Source: Chloroflexota bacterium
GTDB taxonomy: Bacteria; Chloroflexota; Dehalococcoidia; DSTF01; RBG-16-68-14
Length of the DNA stretch: 64,000 nucleotides
Direction: 5' to 3'
NCBI GenBank assembly: GCA_022562155.1
Contig: JADFPV010000001.1
Coordinates: 16,508 to 80,507 of the forward strand
The position numbers and the translations under genes were made by a program. This document shows, in pieces, positions 60,398-64,000 of the stretch. The notes beneath the pieces are model-generated. The model was not told the origin of the DNA, made no database searches, and saw only the letters and a program-made list of their open reading frames with translations. Positions within the stretch are counted from its first letter, which is position 1. Every line of letters starts with the position of its first letter.

Positions 60398-60823
60398 ATG
60401 AACATGGAATCAGAAGTCTCCAGTTTCAGTGCGACAGACCAACCCGAGTTGGCTCTTGTCGAGATGCGACGCGGGCTTGAGAGAAAGTTGAGACGGCTGG
60501 CTGACGCTGTGCCTCCGCCGGACATGGGTGGTTTGCTAGGGGAAACAAAGTCTTCCACCGAGCTACTTACAGGACTGAAAGAGTGCGGCGTATTGAGCAA
60601 AAACCTGGCAGCCTCAGTCCACGGTGTCCTGAAGCTAGCCACCCCTGCTGCTCACGGGATACGAGTCAGTCCTGCAGATGCGGCTAGAACGATAGATCTC
60701 GGCGACTCCGTTGTTGAAATCCTTGATCAGCTGATAAGTGTTGCGACCCCGTTCTCTATAAGTGAACCGGCCGCTGGTGTTGCAGAACCAACTGCTGAAT
60801 CTAGACCGGCCGACCAAGGCTGA
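60398..60823 (+). CDS. DUF4145/HEPN-like small cytoplasmic protein
   Basis: LALVEMRRGLERKLRRLAD...ELLTGLKECGVLSKNLAASVHGVLKLATPAAHG resembles the DUF4145 helical pattern. Starts 2 nt after the upstream stop. Confidence 0.4.
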   Translation: MNMESEVSSFSATDQPELALVEMRRGLERKLRRLADAVPPPDMGGLLGETKSSTELLTGLKECGVLSKNLAASVHGVLKLATPAAHGIRVSPADAARTIDLGDSVVEILDQLISVATPFSISEPAAGVAEPTAESRPADQG

Positions 60824-60908
60824 CATCGTCTTCAGGCCGACCCGAGGAGACCTCCTAGTCTCGACATCGCCAGCAAATCACCGGCTCCCACTCAGCTGAG
60901 ATGAAATC

Positions 60909-61673
60909 ATGCTGACAAAGCGTGTCATTCCTTGCTTCGACGTCGAAAACGGACGCGTCGTTAAAGGCATCTCGTTCGTGGAGCTGCGCGACGCCGGTGA
61001 TCCCGTCGAACTGGCCGGCATCTACGAGGAGCAGGGCGCGGACGAGCTGGTCTTTCTCGATATCACTGCTTCTTCCGACGAGCGGCAGACCGTCTACGAC
61101 ATGGTGGCGCACGTCGCTGACCAGGTCTTCATACCGTTCACGGTCGGCGGTGGCGTCCGCAGTCCTGAGGACGCGCGCATGCTCCTCGAACTGGGCGCCG
61201 ACAAGGTGTCGCTGAACACGGCCGCCGTCGACGACCCCGAGGTGATCTCGCGGTGCGCGCAGCGTTTCGGCAACCAGAACATCGTCGTCGCCATCGACGC
61301 CAAGGGCGTCGCGGAAGGCAAATGGGAGGTCTACACCCATGGCGGCCGGAGGCCCCGCGACCTCGACGCCGTCGAGTGGGCGCGTCAGGTTGTCGAACGT
61401 GGCGCCGGCGAGATCTTGCTGACGTCGATGGACGCGGACGGCCATCAGACCGGCTACGACCTGCCGTTGACGAAAGCGATCTCGGAGGCGGTAGAGGTGC
61501 CCGTCATCGCGTCCGGCGGCTGCGGCGAGCCATCGCATATGGTCGACGCCATCCTCACCGGCAAGGCCGACGCTGTGCTTGCGGCCAGTATCTTCCACTT
61601 CGGCACCTACAGCATCGAGGAGACCAAGCGGCAGCTCGCCGAGGCCGGTATCCCCGTGCGGCCGAAGCAATAA
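60909..61673 (+). CDS. hisF: Imidazole glycerol phosphate synthase cyclase subunit
   Basis: KRVIPCLDV; conserved. Confidence 0.95.
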   Translation: MLTKRVIPCFDVENGRVVKGISFVELRDAGDPVELAGIYEEQGADELVFLDITASSDERQTVYDMVAHVADQVFIPFTVGGGVRSPEDARMLLELGADKVSLNTAAVDDPEVISRCAQRFGNQNIVVAIDAKGVAEGKWEVYTHGGRRPRDLDAVEWARQVVERGAGEILLTSMDADGHQTGYDLPLTKAISEAVEVPVIASGGCGEPSHMVDAILTGKADAVLAASIFHFGTYSIEETKRQLAEAGIPVRPKQ

Positions 61674-61685
61674 ACGAAGGAGCAG

Positions 61686-62015
61686 CATACGGACGTCAAC
61701 GAGCTAGATTTCGCCAAGGGCGACGGCATTATCCCCGCCATCATTCAGGATGCTGACAGCGGCGAGGTGCTGACGCTCTTCTATATGGATAAGGAAGCCG
61801 TCGAGAAGACGCAGCAGACCAAAGAGGTCTGGCGCTTCAGCCGCGCCGAGAACAAGCTGATGCGCAAGGGCGACACCTCAGGCAACGTCCTCCACGTCGA
61901 GAGCCTTGCCGCGGACTGCGATCAAGATGCCCTCGTTGTCCGCGTTCACCCTGTCGGGCCGGCCTGCCACACAGGCGAGCGCACCTGCTTCCACAATCCT
62001 ATGGGGCTGAGCTAG
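61686..62015 (+). CDS. hisI: Phosphoribosyl-AMP cyclohydrolase; start codon non-canonical/unclear
   Basis: The conserved N-terminal LDFAKGDGIIPAIIQDADSGEVL lies in-frame upstream of the only ATG (61767), directly after the hisF TAA. AAGGAG sits 6 nt before an ACG codon. C-terminal CHTGERTCFH zinc motif. Confidence 0.6.
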   Translation, partial: HTDVNELDFAKGDGIIPAIIQDADSGEVLTLFYMDKEAVEKTQQTKEVWRFSRAENKLMRKGDTSGNVLHVESLAADCDQDALVVRVHPVGPACHTGERTCFHNPMGLS

Positions 62016-62045
62016 AGCAACCAGCTGTCACTCTGAGCGCAGCGA
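62015..62045. repeat. Hairpin module ctgtcactctgagcgcagcgaag (copy of 9216..9236 module)
   Basis: Shared 15-mer with 9216. Confidence 0.5.
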
Positions 62046-62058
62046 AGAGTCTGATCCC

Positions 62059-62685
62059 TTGCGGTCATCATGCCTTGTTGTGGGCGGGGCCTGCTATATT
62101 ACGTCCGTTATGTGGCGGTCCGTTGTTGCGATCACGTTTCTCCTCTTCCTCTCCGCATGCGCGAGTTCCGCGAACGCGCCAACGGTCCAGCCATTTCCGA
62201 CATCAACCGTGCTTTCGAAAGATCAGGCGCTAAGCTCTTGCGAGACACTGGAAGACGTGCCTAACGCTGTACTCTCCTACGGGGATCAGAGACAAGACGA
62301 CGCAAGGATGGCGATAAATTGGCAGTTCGACGACTGCGCCATCACTGGCCATCCTTTCGTCACGCTACCGCTTCCGCCCTCTGTGATTCGCATTCCGCGT
62401 GGTGAAAGGCCAGTGCTGGAATTTTCGGCTCAGCCAGAGTCTGTTTCGGGTTACGCCTGGGAACCCGCTTTCGACAAGGTGGAGGAGTCATCGAGCAACC
62501 GGCTGGAGGTACCCCTCGACGATCTCCGCCGCTCTACGCTGATCGATCTAGAGTTTGAACCGTCTATCTCGCAGGTGCTGGACCTTAGTGCGCTGCCACC
62601 GGCTGAGTATGCCATAGAGGTGTTTACTGGTTGGCGCAGAGGGTCGTCAGGATTCGCATTCCGCGTAGAAATCATAGAGCCTTAG
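62059..62685 (+). CDS. Hypothetical lipoprotein
   Basis: Signal + LSACASS lipobox; lower GC; no family recognised. Confidence 0.4.
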   Translation: MRSSCLVVGGACYITSVMWRSVVAITFLLFLSACASSANAPTVQPFPTSTVLSKDQALSSCETLEDVPNAVLSYGDQRQDDARMAINWQFDDCAITGHPFVTLPLPPSVIRIPRGERPVLEFSAQPESVSGYAWEPAFDKVEESSSNRLEVPLDDLRRSTLIDLEFEPSISQVLDLSALPPAEYAIEVFTGWRRGSSGFAFRVEIIEP

Positions 62686-63233
62686 CCGCCAAACTCCCGC
62701 TCGAATCGCTTCTTCGCAGGATCGAAGACCGCTACGTCCGGGAAGCGGATGCTCTTCCAGAGTGAGGTCGCTTCTTCAGGACCAAGTTCCATGACGTCCG
62801 AAAGGTACAGTGTCAGCACGATGCCATGCGAGATGATTCCGAAGCTCAGATCAGTGTGCCGCCCGACGATGCCATCGATGCAACTCCGTACGCGCGCCCG
62901 CGCGTCATCGAGCGGCTCCCATCCCTCCGGGGTGTTGCCAGAGAGATACGCATGTACTTGTTCTGCGTAGCCCGTTTCCACCCAGGCCCGGCCCTGGACT
63001 TCCCGCAGGTCACGCTCGATGCGGATCGGCAGTTCGTTCGCCGCGGCGATGCGTTGCGCAGTCGCGACCGCCTTCGGCTCGACGCTCGTGTGAATGCCGC
63101 GCAGTTCTCCCCAGTAGGGCTCTTCACCGAGCTTCTCAGCTGCAGCACGCCCGTCTGGCGATAGATACCAACGCGATCCTGGGAGGTCCGGCCTGGGTGT
63201 GACCGCTGCGTGGCGAATCAGGTAGACGTGCAC
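62682..63233 (-). CDS. Histidine phosphatase (phosphoglycerate mutase-like) family protein
   Basis: LIRHA (RHG-type) N-terminal motif, second His region ISHG. Confidence 0.7.
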   Translation of the reverse strand: MHVYLIRHAAVTPRPDLPGSRWYLSPDGRAAAEKLGEEPYWGELRGIHTSVEPKAVATAQRIAAANELPIRIERDLREVQGRAWVETGYAEQVHAYLSGNTPEGWEPLDDARARVRSCIDGIVGRHTDLSFGIISHGIVLTLYLSDVMELGPEEATSLWKSIRFPDVAVFDPAKKRFEREFGG

Positions 63234-63236
63234 GTG

Positions 63237-63941
63237 TCAGTCTAGGAGGTCGAAGAGTTCCAGAAGCGATGTGACGACGGGGCAGTCGACCTCAGGCGCA
63301 CGACCCTCGCGGTCGATTAACACGGCAGCGATGCCCGCCGTTCGCGCACCGAGCACGTCCGAGATGTAGGAGTCGCCCACATACAGCACCTCGTGCGGTT
63401 GGAGTCGCGCTCGCACGAGGGCGTAGCGAAAGATGTCTGGGTGGGGTTTCGCTGCCCCAACCGCCGCGGATGCTACTACGAAGTCGAGGTGTTGCGTGAT
63501 CTCATGCGCGTGCAGGATCGGTACGAGGTCCGTTCCCCAATCCGAGATGATTCCCTGGGACAGGCCTTGTTCATCGGCCCGACTTAGCGTCTCCAACGAC
63601 TCCGGGTAAGGAAGCCACTGCTCCGGTTCTTGGTACCAGTCGTAGAGCGCGTCGGCCGCCGATTGCAGAGTCTCCTTCGGAAGGTCGACGCCGGTCTCCC
63701 GCATCGCTTGGATGTAGTAGGAAGCCCAGAAGCTGCGTGCACGCTCGTCGGAATCGTACGCGCCCATGCCATCCTCGCCAAACCGCGAGTAGAAGTGGTG
63801 GCCTACGTCCGGCAGCGCGCGTTCGCGGGCCAGCTTCATGCCTAACTGATCGCCTAAGAAATCCCAGATATCGGGGGCTTCCAGTCTGGGCTGGATCAGC
63901 GTTCGTCCGGCGTCGTAGAGAATCGCTCGAATCGTGTTCAT
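63237..63941 (-). CDS. HAD-IA family hydrolase
   Basis: C-terminal LYVGDSYISDVLGARTAGIAAVLID motif IV region; N-terminal DxG-like nucleophile region. Confidence 0.7.
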   Translation of the reverse strand: MNTIRAILYDAGRTLIQPRLEAPDIWDFLGDQLGMKLARERALPDVGHHFYSRFGEDGMGAYDSDERARSFWASYYIQAMRETGVDLPKETLQSAADALYDWYQEPEQWLPYPESLETLSRADEQGLSQGIISDWGTDLVPILHAHEITQHLDFVVASAAVGAAKPHPDIFRYALVRARLQPHEVLYVGDSYISDVLGARTAGIAAVLIDREGRAPEVDCPVVTSLLELFDLLD

Positions 63942-64000
63942 GGAGAGTGTAGGCTCATCATATCGGCTGCGACGTTTGACCGCCGCTACGGCTCCCAGCT

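Overview
This is a high-GC (~65%) bacterial chromosomal window, probably from an Actinobacteria- or Chloroflexi-like lineage, and it is mostly housekeeping genes. These include a riboflavin operon (ribD-ribE-ribBA-ribH, interrupted by inserted genes), a histidine operon (hisH-hisA-hisF-hisI), mreBCD-mrdA-rodA, ligA, aspS, dnaJ-prmA, dinB, nadA, dcd and ogt. There is also a Bat/MoxR-type cluster (2x DUF58, BatD-like, 2x vWA, transglutaminase-like, MoxR).

Several things stand out beyond that:
- A low-GC islet (7.96-10.98 kb) carries a membrane-anchored ERG6/SMT-like (sterol-C24-methyltransferase family) SAM methyltransferase flanked by ~55-bp direct repeats. Next to it is a 2-gene operon encoding a HARE-HTH protein and a cytoplasmic trypsin-like serine protease.
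- An AhpD-like (carboxymuconolactone decarboxylase family) gene is split by an in-frame TGA exactly at the CxxC position, with a hairpin 11 nt downstream. This is a candidate selenoprotein with a SECIS element.
- A low-GC 2-gene insert (small 3-TM protein plus a DUF4145/HEPN-like protein) sits between hisA and hisF.
- Modular REP/MITE-like GC-rich palindromic elements are scattered through intergenic regions.
- A perfect 19-bp palindrome overlaps the nadA start region.
- A third APH-family kinase has inserted into the rib operon together with a duplicated ribE 5' end.
- Three coding anomalies are present: an in-frame TAA in a cupredoxin gene, a frameshifted DinB-family gene, and hisI without a canonical start.

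No tRNA, rRNA or CRISPR array was seen. Hand-counted coordinates for repeats and starts may be off by 1-2 bp.
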